Below, piece by piece: positions 38,624 through 47,739 of a stretch of DNA of 64,000 bases (position 1 is the stretch's first letter; every line of letters begins with the position of its first letter). The position numbers and the translations under genes were made by a program. The stretch lies in IMG/VR virus record IMGVR_UViG_2799112923_000001; one strand, 5' to 3'. Under the pieces are notes generated by a model. It did no database searches. It saw nothing but the letters and a program-made list of their open reading frames with translations, and was not told the DNA's origin. The DNA is from a virus (lineage: Duplodnaviria; Heunggongvirae; Uroviricota; Caudoviricetes).

Positions 38624-38922
38624 TGCTTTCGCCAAAGATACAAAATCTTTTAACACATACCCTATTAAAAATGGGGTTTGAACCTGATAAAGATGCAACC
38701 TATAACAGTTTGATTTGTAAATCACCATACATTGAAATTTGTATTTATAATGATGGTGGCTATGTTTACGATGAAAACGGAAATTCATTTGATTATTACT
38801 ATCCTGAAGATACACTTTATTTAACCCACGATGGAAAATATGACGAAGAATTTTTCATTAGAATGGTTAAAAAATCAAAAGAACTTTTACTCCAGCGTGA
38901 AATAAAGAAAGATTTTGAATGA
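38623..38922 (+). CDS. DF-tail family protein
   Basis: Ends KKSKELLLQREIKKDFE*. Confidence 0.8.
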   Translation: MLSPKIQNLLTHTLLKMGFEPDKDATYNSLICKSPYIEICIYNDGGYVYDENGNSFDYYYPEDTLYLTHDGKYDEEFFIRMVKKSKELLLQREIKKDFE

Positions 38923-39155
38923 CTATACAAGAAATAAAACAACAAATTAGACGCGGTAATGGAAATTATATAAGTGGGTTTGTATCGTGGCAATCTATTA
39001 TAAAGACTAGACGAGAAACCATTGGCGACAGTCATGTAATAGAAACCCAAAAACTAGAAGTTGCTCAGGAATGGCATAGATTAAATGAGTTGGGTAAAAA
39101 ATCTATAAGAATGCAAAAAGAAGAACTGAAGATACAAGAGGAATTTGATGAGTAG
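38919..39155 (+). CDS. DF-tail family protein (variant EF)
   Basis: Ends KSIRMQKEELKIQEEFDE*. Confidence 0.7.
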   Translation: MTIQEIKQQIRRGNGNYISGFVSWQSIIKTRRETIGDSHVIETQKLEVAQEWHRLNELGKKSIRMQKEELKIQEEFDE

Positions 39156-39408
39156 ATTAGAAAAATTATGTAAGTTAAATATGAAATTGAAACTGTTGAA
39201 TCGTATCATTGAACAGGCTAACAAAGATTTACATTATGTGTTTGACGCAGACATTTTTGAACTTACTAATTGGGAAAAAGAATTTTTAGACGAAATAAAT
39301 GTTTCTTATAAAGAAGGTAATGCAGTTGTAATCAGTTGGGAAGAATCACAAGTTCTAAAATTAAAAGAAGAATTTGAAAAATTGAAGATGCAGAAGGATT
39401 TTATCTAA
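39148..39408 (+). CDS. DF-tail family protein
   Basis: Ends EKLKMQKDFI*. Confidence 0.75.
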   Translation: MSRLEKLCKLNMKLKLLNRIIEQANKDLHYVFDADIFELTNWEKEFLDEINVSYKEGNAVVISWEESQVLKLKEEFEKLKMQKDFI

Positions 39409-39986
39409 TGAAGTTATTTCAAATAATCAAATACAGTTTCAAATATAGAAAGCGAATCAAAACGCACATTAAGCGAGTTCAGCATTTCTATTTTGAACTT
39501 CTTCATTATGGAAAGATTTCTCCACAGTTTATTGACATTGACAGAATTATGAACCACGATAAAGACAAACTAAAATTGAAAAATTTGGTTCGTCAAGCAT
39601 TGAGATATATTCCAGGTCCACTCACAGAAAAAGACAAATTGAAAATTCACTATGTAGTAATGGAGCATATCAGAACCAATAAACACCACTGTGAATACTG
39701 GGGTGAAAGTAGTTATGTTTCTATGGGTGTGAATTGTACACAAATGAAAGAAACCTATTTGTACGAAATGTGTGCCGATTGGGCTGCTACATCCGAAGAA
39801 ATGGGAACTGACTTAATGGCTTGGTATAATAAAGTAGTGAACACGAAATTTATTTTTACAGATAAACAAATCCAAATCATTAAACCAATTTGTGAATTTC
39901 TATCTGAGAGATTGGATAAAAATTACATTAGAAAAGACGATATGAAATCTGTTAAACTTTCCACTTTGGGAGTAGTAAATGATTAG
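39408..39986 (+). CDS. HD-like protein (DUF5662-type)
   Basis: THIKRV, HDKDK, HxxxNKHHxEYW, EMCADW. Confidence 0.7.
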   Translation: MKLFQIIKYSFKYRKRIKTHIKRVQHFYFELLHYGKISPQFIDIDRIMNHDKDKLKLKNLVRQALRYIPGPLTEKDKLKIHYVVMEHIRTNKHHCEYWGESSYVSMGVNCTQMKETYLYEMCADWAATSEEMGTDLMAWYNKVVNTKFIFTDKQIQIIKPICEFLSERLDKNYIRKDDMKSVKLSTLGVVND

Positions 39987-40419
39987 AATGATAGACCAAA
40001 AATTCATTGACAAAATGAACGAACTGTGTGTTAAATATAATTTTATAAAAGATTATGATAACAATAAACGAACAGATTATCATTTGTGGATGTATGGTGG
40101 AAAAACTACATACGAATTACCTGGTGTTCTTCAGGGATATTCTTATAGAATTTCTCCAATGGTAAGCATATCATTTCAATACTGGGAGAACAGATACTAT
40201 ATCTGTTATAGTGAACTTGTACCAACCAAATCAAAAACTGGGAATATCTTATATCCAAATAAAGACCGAAAGAATGTTTTGAAAGTGGAAAAGTTTGACT
40301 GGGTTAAGTTTGAAAATTGGCTAATTAACCAAAATAATATAATTCCGCAATCTATAAAAGAAGCAAAAAATAGGATTGTTAAAAATAAACTAAACAAAGC
40401 AGAAAAGGATTTTAAATAA
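39979..40419 (+). CDS. DF-tail family protein
   Basis: Ends KNRIVKNKLNKAEKDFK*. Confidence 0.8.
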   Translation: MIRMIDQKFIDKMNELCVKYNFIKDYDNNKRTDYHLWMYGGKTTYELPGVLQGYSYRISPMVSISFQYWENRYYICYSELVPTKSKTGNILYPNKDRKNVLKVEKFDWVKFENWLINQNNIIPQSIKEAKNRIVKNKLNKAEKDFK

Positions 40420-40742
40420 TGACTATTGACGAATTAAAAGAAATTTTATTACCAAAAGGTTTTGAATGTGTATTACATGGATGGGTAGGTGACCCTGAAC
40501 CAACCTGTTATCTTTTCAAAATGCCAAATTCACCAATTTTGGAAAACTTCATTATTTACGAGTTTGTTGGTAGAAACCGAATGATTGCTTATGATTCATA
40601 CTGGGGTCAGAGCAAAATGTTTATTACAAATATAAATGAACCACTAAACTACGATTTAAATGCGGTAGCAGAATCGTATATAAAAAGTTACAAAGAACAT
40701 GAAGTAGAAAAGAATTTGAAAGAATTAGAAGAAGATTTCTAA
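40419..40742 (+). CDS. DF-tail family protein
   Basis: Ends KEHEVEKNLKELEEDF*. Confidence 0.8.
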   Translation: MTIDELKEILLPKGFECVLHGWVGDPEPTCYLFKMPNSPILENFIIYEFVGRNRMIAYDSYWGQSKMFITNINEPLNYDLNAVAESYIKSYKEHEVEKNLKELEEDF

Positions 40743-40743
40743 T

Positions 40744-40809
40744 TGTAAACTATTTTTTACATTATTACACGAAAATTGGGTTGACAAATGACCCAATTTT
40801 TTCTATATT
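40744..40809 (+). promoter_or_regulatory. TGTAAA-N6-TTTACA box plus sigma70-type promoter in a hairpin
   Basis: Box 40744-40761, gap 19, TTGACA 40781, N17, TATATT 40804; AAAATTGGGT...ACCCAATTTT. Confidence 0.8.
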
Positions 40810-40838
40810 ATAACTAGAAATAAAAGAGAGGTCAAAAT

Positions 40839-41954
40839 ATGGCAAATCGCATTAAAGAATTGGAAAACGAAATCAAGAAAAACCAGGAACTGTACTATAA
40901 CGGAAACGAGGTAATTTCCGATGGGGAGTTTGATGCTCTGGTTGATGAACTCCAATCCCTTGACCCGGAAAATCCCCTTTTGACTACTCTCATTGGTGCT
41001 GACCATACCGAAGGTTTCGCAACTGTTGAACACCGCATTTTGATGGGTTCTCAGTCAAAAGCAAATACAGAAACTGAAATGAATGATTGGATTTCCACCA
41101 TTAACCCAAAGAAGGTTCTCGGTGGATTTAAGATGGATGGTTCTTCCCTGGAAATTTGGTATGACGATGGTGTTTACACGAAAGCTGTGACCCGTGGTGA
41201 TGGAATTACTGGTGATGATGTTACAGAAAATGTACGCAAAATGAACTATGTTCCGAAGAAGCTCAAAGAAAAGTATACTGGCGTTGTTCGTGGAGAAGTT
41301 CTTCTTCCTCGTAAGAATTTTGAAAAGTATTTTAAGGGAAAATACAAGAATTGCCGTAATACCGCTACGGGTGTTATGAAGCGAATTGACGGTAGTGATT
41401 GCGACAAGTTGGATGTGGTTGTTTACGATGCTCAGTATCTTGACAACAACAAAGAATTTGGCACTCAGGAAAAACTCGTTAATTTCTTTGAAAAGAATGG
41501 TTTCAAGGTTGCGGAATACAAGTTCTTTGATAATCTCACGGGCAAGAAGGCTATGGATTATCTCAAAGAAATTTTTGATAAGTTTGATGATTTGGAATAT
41601 GACATTGACGGTATCGTTTGGAAGCAGAACGAAATTGATATGAACGATATGCGTACAAATGCTCGCCCAAAGACGAATATCGCACTGAAGCCCGCCAAGG
41701 TTTACAAACAAACGAAACTCGTAAACATTGAATGGCAAATGAAGAATGGTACATTGACCCCTGTTGCTATTCTTGAACCTGTTGATTTACAGGGTGCCAC
41801 GATTAAGAGGGCTTCTCTCTGTAATGTTGCTTGTTTGGAAGAAATGGGAATTGAAATCGGACACACCGTGACGATTTGCCGCTGTGGTATGATTATTCCG
41901 AAGATTGTGAAGGATAACACTACCGGCAAATATGCTAGTGGTTATGAATTTTAA
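40839..41954 (+). CDS. ligA: NAD-dependent DNA ligase, N-terminal subunit (Ia, adenylation and OB domains)
   Basis: YY...ISDGEFDAL, KMDG active site, TRGDG, RGE, RN, DGIVWK, GTLTPVAILEPV, IIPKI. Confidence 0.9.
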   Translation: MANRIKELENEIKKNQELYYNGNEVISDGEFDALVDELQSLDPENPLLTTLIGADHTEGFATVEHRILMGSQSKANTETEMNDWISTINPKKVLGGFKMDGSSLEIWYDDGVYTKAVTRGDGITGDDVTENVRKMNYVPKKLKEKYTGVVRGEVLLPRKNFEKYFKGKYKNCRNTATGVMKRIDGSDCDKLDVVVYDAQYLDNNKEFGTQEKLVNFFEKNGFKVAEYKFFDNLTGKKAMDYLKEIFDKFDDLEYDIDGIVWKQNEIDMNDMRTNARPKTNIALKPAKVYKQTKLVNIEWQMKNGTLTPVAILEPVDLQGATIKRASLCNVACLEEMGIEIGHTVTICRCGMIIPKIVKDNTTGKYASGYEF

Positions 41955-41967
41955 TTAGGAGTGAATT

Positions 41968-42165
41968 ATGAATTTGAGAACTTGGCTTGATAATGTTTGG
42001 AATAGATTTGTAATCATTAACAATGGTACAGTTGACCCAAGCGAGAAAACAAGTTGGTATGGCACAAATTACGATTCCGATTATTGTGCTGTGCTAGAAG
42101 AAATGTATAACAAGGGTTGTACACCTGATGCTGCTGCTGAAGCATTAATTTATATTGAGTTCTAA
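41968..42165 (+). CDS. hypothetical protein
   Basis: AGGAG RBS. Confidence 0.7.
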   Translation: MNLRTWLDNVWNRFVIINNGTVDPSEKTSWYGTNYDSDYCAVLEEMYNKGCTPDAAAEALIYIEF

Positions 42166-42176
42166 CAGGAGTTTAT

Positions 42177-42707
42177 ATGAAAGCAGTTTACGCAGGTTCT
42201 TTTGACCCAATCCACGCAGGCCACATAGACATTATAAGGAGAGCAGTTCGCTCATTTGGTGGCATTACACTATTGTTAGCAGATAACCCCAGCAAGACGT
42301 ATCTAAGGGGCAGGAATGAGCGGGTAAAATGGGTTCGTGAAATTCTTGACCAGGCCGGTGTGAATGGTGTAACCATTGACATTCTTCCAGCAAACGAATT
42401 TCTTGCCGACTACTGCTCAAAGAATGGAATTACCCATATCGTCAAGGGCCTTCGTAATGGTACAGACCTAGAAAGCGAAATGACCCAGGAATGGTACACA
42501 AAGAAGATGAATGAAAATGTTGAAACGATTTATTTTTCAACAAATGAAAAGTACAAGTATCTTTCTTCTTCCAGTATCAAGGCTCTTACTAAAATGAATA
42601 AGCAGGATTTCATTAACTATATGAAGAAAATCGCATACATTGATGGTATGAGCGAAGAACGAATGGATGATTATCTGTGGACTATCCACACTGTTTATGG
42701 AGGCTAA
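42177..42707 (+). CDS. coaD: phosphopantetheine adenylyltransferase
   Basis: AVYAGSFDPIHAGH, KGLRNGTDLESE, LSSSSIK. Confidence 0.85.
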   Translation: MKAVYAGSFDPIHAGHIDIIRRAVRSFGGITLLLADNPSKTYLRGRNERVKWVREILDQAGVNGVTIDILPANEFLADYCSKNGITHIVKGLRNGTDLESEMTQEWYTKKMNENVETIYFSTNEKYKYLSSSSIKALTKMNKQDFINYMKKIAYIDGMSEERMDDYLWTIHTVYGG

Positions 42708-43142
42708 ATGAACTGTTGGTATGATGACCCAAAATACACTGAAGACAAAGTAAAAGAAATGCTTCAGCCGTTTGCTGATCGTATTGAAACTGAATGTGGT
42801 GTAAAAACTTCATTTAATAGTGTTGCGAGCTGGATGAAACCCTGTTCAAGTAGTATTGGTTTTGAATTTATGGGTTATCCAGTTGGATTTGTTGCTTTAT
42901 ATTTGAATTATCCGACTGAAGCAGTTTTACTAAGTCTTTATTCAAAGGTCACATTTACAGATAAATCATCATTCACAAAGACATCAATGCAGCACAAGAT
43001 TAAAATTCAAGTGACTTGCAGGCGTGATTTACATGAATCGGATATTGAAAAATATATTAAATGGTTGAATGTTATTTGTAAACAAATTAAGACTGCCGAA
43101 GCCAAAAAGAAACGCTTGGAAATGGATACTGATTTTGAATGA
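42708..43142 (+). CDS. DF-tail family protein
   Basis: Ends KTAEAKKKRLEMDTDFE*. Confidence 0.8.
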   Translation: MNCWYDDPKYTEDKVKEMLQPFADRIETECGVKTSFNSVASWMKPCSSSIGFEFMGYPVGFVALYLNYPTEAVLLSLYSKVTFTDKSSFTKTSMQHKIKIQVTCRRDLHESDIEKYIKWLNVICKQIKTAEAKKKRLEMDTDFE

Positions 43143-43459
43143 ACATTGAACGAGTTAAAAATATGTGGGATTCTCTAACGAGAATAGATGAAATCATGGA
43201 AGAAAATGGTTTCACTAAGGAGAGGATTTACCAAAACAGTGATACTTTCTTTTCAAATGATTCATTTAAAATACGTGCACAACTATTAACTGAAGATTTA
43301 AACTTTTATCATTTGTATGGAACAAAGATAATTTTTTCATACAAGTTCAATGATTTTTTAAGTGAAGATTTGGCATTGAATGAAAAAAAATTTATAGAAA
43401 TGGTTAAATCAGTTAAAGAAAAATTCTTGTTAAAAAGTGTTAGCGAGGATTTTGAATAA
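43139..43459 (+). CDS. DF-tail family protein
   Basis: Ends KSVKEKFLLKSVSEDFE*. Confidence 0.8.
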   Translation: MNIERVKNMWDSLTRIDEIMEENGFTKERIYQNSDTFFSNDSFKIRAQLLTEDLNFYHLYGTKIIFSYKFNDFLSEDLALNEKKFIEMVKSVKEKFLLKSVSEDFE

Positions 43460-43467
43460 GGAGAACT

Positions 43468-43710
43468 ATGAATAAATTACTAAAGATTTATAAAGACGCA
43501 TTTGAAACCACATTTGGACTATTCAAAACTGATGGGTTCAAATTTTTTGCTTCAATTATTGCGTTGATTTTTATTGGTTTTACAAGTTTGTTTGTTAGTG
43601 ATTGGCTATCACACGGTAGCGGTTGGTATTTTTTGCTAATTCTGTTGGGTGAAACATTGTTATTGCTACCAGTTTATGTAAAATTGTGCAGGATTATTGA
43701 CTATTATTAA
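43468..43710 (+). CDS. two-TM membrane protein (possible holin-like)
   Basis: Two hydrophobic helices, next to the transglycosylase; holin role is speculative. Confidence 0.6.
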   Translation: MNKLLKIYKDAFETTFGLFKTDGFKFFASIIALIFIGFTSLFVSDWLSHGSGWYFLLILLGETLLLLPVYVKLCRIIDYY

Positions 43711-43760
43711 TGTAAAAAATTCTTTTCATAGTTGACAAATATAAATAGTTTTACTATATT
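43711..43760 (+). promoter_or_regulatory. degenerate box plus sigma70-type promoter with embedded late promoter
   Basis: TGTAAA-N6-TTTTCA 43711, TTGACA 43732, N17, TATATT 43755; TATAAATA at 43740-43747. Confidence 0.65.
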
Positions 43761-43770
43761 TGCTACCGCT

Positions 43771-44343
43771 ATGAAAAAGATAATCATTTTAATAACAATA
43801 CTCATTTCTCTCAGTTTTGGTTCTCATGACTTCACCAATTTGTATATGATTTCAAAAGGTGCGGAAATAGTCCAAACTGTAAACAAAAACATAACAACCC
43901 AAGACGCATTCAAGATTAGCGAAATTGCTTATCAAGAATCTGACAAATATGACTTGGATTTCCATTTCACATTAGGAATCATGACAACAGAGAGCAGGTT
44001 CAATGTAAATGCCAAGTCATATTGCGGCGCCATTGGTCTAATGCAGTTAATGCCAAAAACTGCCAAATATATTGCGAACAAATACGATATTGAATATAAG
44101 AATTTGTACGATATTGAGAGTAATATCCAAATCGGTACTGCGTATTTGTATCATTTGAAAAAGAAATTTGGTAGTTATGAGTTAGCAGCAGCTGGATATA
44201 ATGGTGGTAATGTTGGGGCAAGAAAATATAGGGACTATTTGATTGGAAAAATCAAGGGAACGGAAGTTCACCAACAAACATTTAAATATGTTCCTAAAGT
44301 TATGAATTATGTTTATGATTACAGAAAACTGACGAAAATGTAA
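43771..44343 (+). CDS. lytic transglycosylase (SLT) with signal peptide
   Basis: Start ATG 43771 MKKIIILIT...; ESRFN, GAIGLMQLMP, AGYNGG. Confidence 0.9.
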   Translation: MKKIIILITILISLSFGSHDFTNLYMISKGAEIVQTVNKNITTQDAFKISEIAYQESDKYDLDFHFTLGIMTTESRFNVNAKSYCGAIGLMQLMPKTAKYIANKYDIEYKNLYDIESNIQIGTAYLYHLKKKFGSYELAAAGYNGGNVGARKYRDYLIGKIKGTEVHQQTFKYVPKVMNYVYDYRKLTKM

Positions 44344-44395
44344 ATTATTATTTACAAGCAGAGTGGTTGACACTCTGCTTTCTTTTTTCTATATT
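44339..44395 (+). promoter_or_regulatory. TGTAAA-N6-TTTACA box plus sigma70-type promoter in a hairpin
   Basis: Box 44339-44356, gap 10, TTGACA 44367, N17, TATATT 44390; AAGCAGAGTG-GTTGA-CACTCTGCTT. Confidence 0.8.
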
Positions 44396-44438
44396 AGAAT
44401 TGAAACAAAAAATATAACCATTAACAAGGAGTAAAATT

Positions 44439-44807
44439 ATGGCACGATACACCCACGAAGATAAGATGGAATTTCTGTTTGAGTTCGCAAAGAATTACGA
44501 ATCATACGTCCCTGATAGCAAGGACAATATGCGTGCCGAGACCTGTACTACAAAGCCAAATCCAGTTCGTGCTGCTCAGGCTCAGTTGAAACGAATTGAA
44601 TATCGTGATAAGTTCTATCGTAGATTGAAGGCATTTCTCCAGCACGGTATCAAGATTAACTCATTTGATGGTACAATGTGGTCGGAATTGGAAAGCGATG
44701 AACTGCGCCAGTGGCTCAATATGGCTATTGATGTGTATGCCGGGGATTCTCCACGAAATGTAAAAGATAAGGAAATTACAAAGCTCGCCGAAGCAATTAC
44801 AATGTAA
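44439..44807 (+). CDS. hypothetical protein
   Basis: AGGAG RBS. Confidence 0.75.
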   Translation: MARYTHEDKMEFLFEFAKNYESYVPDSKDNMRAETCTTKPNPVRAAQAQLKRIEYRDKFYRRLKAFLQHGIKINSFDGTMWSELESDELRQWLNMAIDVYAGDSPRNVKDKEITKLAEAITM

Positions 44808-44810
44808 ATT

Positions 44811-45440
44811 ATGGAAACAAATGTACAACAATTAGTAAACAAATTTAGGGGTGAACTTGAGTTCCCCCAATTTGTTGTTAAGTCATTTCCAGTCAAAGAA
44901 GGAACCATTTATAAGATGGTTTTTGATTTGGCTCATTTGCCCCAGCCCAAATATGAAAAAGCAACATTATTTGTAAAACCTGAAGAATATCTTATTGGTA
45001 TTGAGTTTGTTGTTCCAAGGCCATATATGGATTTAATGGATTTTAACCAAATTGAAGTTAGAATCTGTTATAGAGTGTATAAACTGAAAAATCTGTTGAA
45101 TGATTGGACTCTAAAACGAATGAAAAAACTTTTAGAGAATAACTCATTTGAAGATTTCAAGAAAGAATACATTGAAAGAAATGAAATGGAAAACAAAGAA
45201 CTAGATGTTAAGTTTGGTGATTTGGTTAAGGTTATGGGAAAGATTTTGAATGAACAATCCAAAAATTTTGAACATACGATTGAATTAGTGAATGACCCAA
45301 CTGTAAATTCTTTGTTAGACGATATTAAAAAAATCAAAGAAGAAATTGATTTGAAGCATAACCAAATTTACGGAATTGAAAGTAAAATCCACTCAATTAT
45401 CTCATTAAACATTGGAGCATTGGAAGATTTTGAAGGTTGA
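44811..45440 (+). CDS. DF-tail family protein, long coiled-coil class
   Basis: Coiled-coil-like segment, then NIGALEDFEG*. Confidence 0.75.
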   Translation: METNVQQLVNKFRGELEFPQFVVKSFPVKEGTIYKMVFDLAHLPQPKYEKATLFVKPEEYLIGIEFVVPRPYMDLMDFNQIEVRICYRVYKLKNLLNDWTLKRMKKLLENNSFEDFKKEYIERNEMENKELDVKFGDLVKVMGKILNEQSKNFEHTIELVNDPTVNSLLDDIKKIKEEIDLKHNQIYGIESKIHSIISLNIGALEDFEG

Positions 45441-45789
45441 AGATAGATTAACTGGAAAAGATATAGCCAGTATTAATGATGCCATTAAAAGGATTTTTGG
45501 GTTTAAAGATTTGGATAAAGTTTTGGTATTTGATTATAGCAGGGCTATACTAATATACAAATTATCCGAAAATCTTAAACTGAAAGTCGGTCGTTTTGTG
45601 AATTATTCCGATACAACTGGCTTAAAAGATTATACTGGTATTGTTTACTCAATATGGGCCTTTGGCAGGCCTTATCAGTCCTTGACGGCTCTGAGCCAGT
45701 TGGCTATGATTAGATACCAACTACCACAAATGGAAAAAAGAGCCAGAGAGAGCCAGTGCTTGGCAAAAATCAAACAAGATTTTGAGTAA
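45412..45789 (+). CDS. DF-tail family protein (start possibly TTG 45430)
   Basis: Ends KRARESQCLAKIKQDFE*. Confidence 0.75.
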   Translation: MEHWKILKVEDRLTGKDIASINDAIKRIFGFKDLDKVLVFDYSRAILIYKLSENLKLKVGRFVNYSDTTGLKDYTGIVYSIWAFGRPYQSLTALSQLAMIRYQLPQMEKRARESQCLAKIKQDFE

Positions 45790-45855
45790 TGTAAAGAAAA
45801 ATTTACCAAGTTTAGCCAAAAATCCATTGACAATAGTCGGTGGATTTTCTATATT
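45790..45855 (+). promoter_or_regulatory. TGTAAA-N6-TTTACC box plus sigma70-type promoter in a hairpin
   Basis: Box 45790-45807, gap 19, TTGACA 45827, N17, TATATT 45850. Confidence 0.8.
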
Positions 45856-45879
45856 TGTAAAAAACAAATGAGGTATTTA

Positions 45880-46716
45880 ATGAACGAATTAGCAACTATC
45901 GCAAAATCCCACAAATGGAATCTCCCCACTGTATGCCCGGTTTGTGGTGGCGAACTGGTTTTGAGTGATAATCACTGCCAGCTCAAATGCTCTAACGATT
46001 TCTGTAAATCCAAGTATGCGGGTCGCATTAACAAATGGACTAATACGATGGATATTAAAGAATTTGGCGGTTCTACCATTGACAAACTTATTGAAAACAA
46101 TGTGATTGACTCCATTTCTTCGCTCTACACTATGGATTTGGAAAAGATTGCTACTATTCCTGGTTTTGGTGTTCGTTCTGCCGAAAAGATGAAGAAAGAA
46201 CTGGATGCCCATAAGACTATGACCTTGGCAAAGTTTATCGCTGGCTACAACATTGATAGCATTGGCGAAAAGGTCATTGAGAACATTATTAAATTCTATG
46301 GATTTAAGAAGTTTGAAGATTTCTTTGGTTCTAATTCTTCTCAGCGATTTGTGTGTGATGGTGTAGCTGCTATCACATCCAAGAAACTCCACGAGGGTTT
46401 GAAAATGCTGAAGAAAGATATGGAAAAGACCCTAAAGCATGTAACGATTAAGGCTGCCACTCCCAAGAAAATTGCTGTGGGTGGTTCGCTGGGTGGTAAA
46501 TCTTTCTGTTTCACCGGTGCTGCTAGTATGCCTCGTAAGGAGCTGTGGGCATTGGTTGAAAAGAATGGTGGTGTTATCCACGAATCTATGAAGAAAGATA
46601 CTGATTATCTTGTTCTCGCCGATGTAAATTCTACTTCTAGCAAGGCCGTTAAGGCTCGTAAGCAGGGAACTACTCTTTTGAGTGAAGATGATTTCGTAAA
46701 AATGTGTGGTAAGTAA
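45880..46716 (+). CDS. NAD-dependent DNA ligase, C-terminal subunit (Zn finger, HhH, BRCT)
   Basis: Start ATG 45880 after GAGGT; PTVCPVCG...CSNDFC, HhH (PGFGVRSA), BRCT (GKSFCFTG...KKDTDYLV...SSKAVKA). Confidence 0.9.
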   Translation: MNELATIAKSHKWNLPTVCPVCGGELVLSDNHCQLKCSNDFCKSKYAGRINKWTNTMDIKEFGGSTIDKLIENNVIDSISSLYTMDLEKIATIPGFGVRSAEKMKKELDAHKTMTLAKFIAGYNIDSIGEKVIENIIKFYGFKKFEDFFGSNSSQRFVCDGVAAITSKKLHEGLKMLKKDMEKTLKHVTIKAATPKKIAVGGSLGGKSFCFTGAASMPRKELWALVEKNGGVIHESMKKDTDYLVLADVNSTSSKAVKARKQGTTLLSEDDFVKMCGK

Positions 46717-46729
46717 AAAGGAGAAAACT

Positions 46730-47137
46730 ATGTTTGGATTTATTTGTGGTGTAATCGTTTGTGTTGGTGCGTATTTTATGTACAAAATGGCAACTGTTGG
46801 TAGTGAAGAACAACCAATTTCCAGGGAAGAATCACATTCAAAGTATGATGAATGGATGAAACATCGTGAACAGTTGGTTAAGAAACACGGACCCATTACA
46901 GACAGAGTAAAGACAGACCCAGTATACGCAGCTGAACAGTTCCATTATTTGATTGATGGAATGACTACAGGTGGTGTTCAGGACCGAGTTTGTTTTCTGT
47001 TGAATGTAGTGGAAAAGATGGAATGTATGAACCCAGATTTGATTGACTATATGAAGAGTGCAGTTTCAAGTACAGAAGTCAATGATTACGAATGTATCAA
47101 ACAGAATTTGTATGATATTTGGCATGGAAAGAATTAA
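46730..47137 (+). CDS. membrane-anchored hypothetical protein
   Basis: Start ATG 46730 after AGGAG; N-terminal TM. Confidence 0.7.
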   Translation: MFGFICGVIVCVGAYFMYKMATVGSEEQPISREESHSKYDEWMKHREQLVKKHGPITDRVKTDPVYAAEQFHYLIDGMTTGGVQDRVCFLLNVVEKMECMNPDLIDYMKSAVSSTEVNDYECIKQNLYDIWHGKN

Positions 47138-47739
47138 TGAATAAAGTAAATTATGAAAAAATGTTGGATGTGATATTTGATGGGGTCACAGAAAAATCTT
47201 TCAAACAAAGATATTATGGGCGCAGTTTTAATAACGAATATGTTCGTAGGGGCAACATTATAAATGGTTTCACTTGTGTGAATGTTCCAAACAAAATGTA
47301 TATGGATATTTCCATATACCGATGTACTGTAGTAAATGATGACCCAAATGATACTACACCAATGACTGTGAACATCAATTTTTACAAACAAACTATCAAC
47401 CAGCAACATGTTCTTAACCAGCTTTATCATACAGATTTCTCAGTAAGTGATTTTATTAAAGAGGCATATACTACAACCAAACGAACATACAAATACACAG
47501 TCAATGACGAAAAAGATGCTCTAAAAGTTCGCAAGGCTATTGAAAATCATATTGAATGGATGAATAATCAAATTGAAACCATTTGTAATATCATTAACAA
47601 TCTAGACCTCAAAAAAATGGCTGCTAAAATCCAAGAACTAGAAAATACGATTTCCGAAGCCGAAAAGGTTAGAGATGACTATGTAAACAAATGTGTTCAA
47701 ACATGTAAGAATGTTCTTCAGCTCGCAAAGGATATGTAA
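47137..47739 (+). CDS. DF-tail family protein, long class (variant DM)
   Basis: Start ATG 47137; ends VLQLAKDM*. Confidence 0.7.
   Translation: MNKVNYEKMLDVIFDGVTEKSFKQRYYGRSFNNEYVRRGNIINGFTCVNVPNKMYMDISIYRCTVVNDDPNDTTPMTVNINFYKQTINQQHVLNQLYHTDFSVSDFIKEAYTTTKRTYKYTVNDEKDALKVRKAIENHIEWMNNQIETICNIINNLDLKKMAAKIQELENTISEAEKVRDDYVNKCVQTCKNVLQLAKDM

Noticed and set aside
41954-45880. Intron or split intein joining the ligase halves
   Set aside because: The interval holds ordinary genes and promoters; no intein terminal motifs or homing endonuclease.
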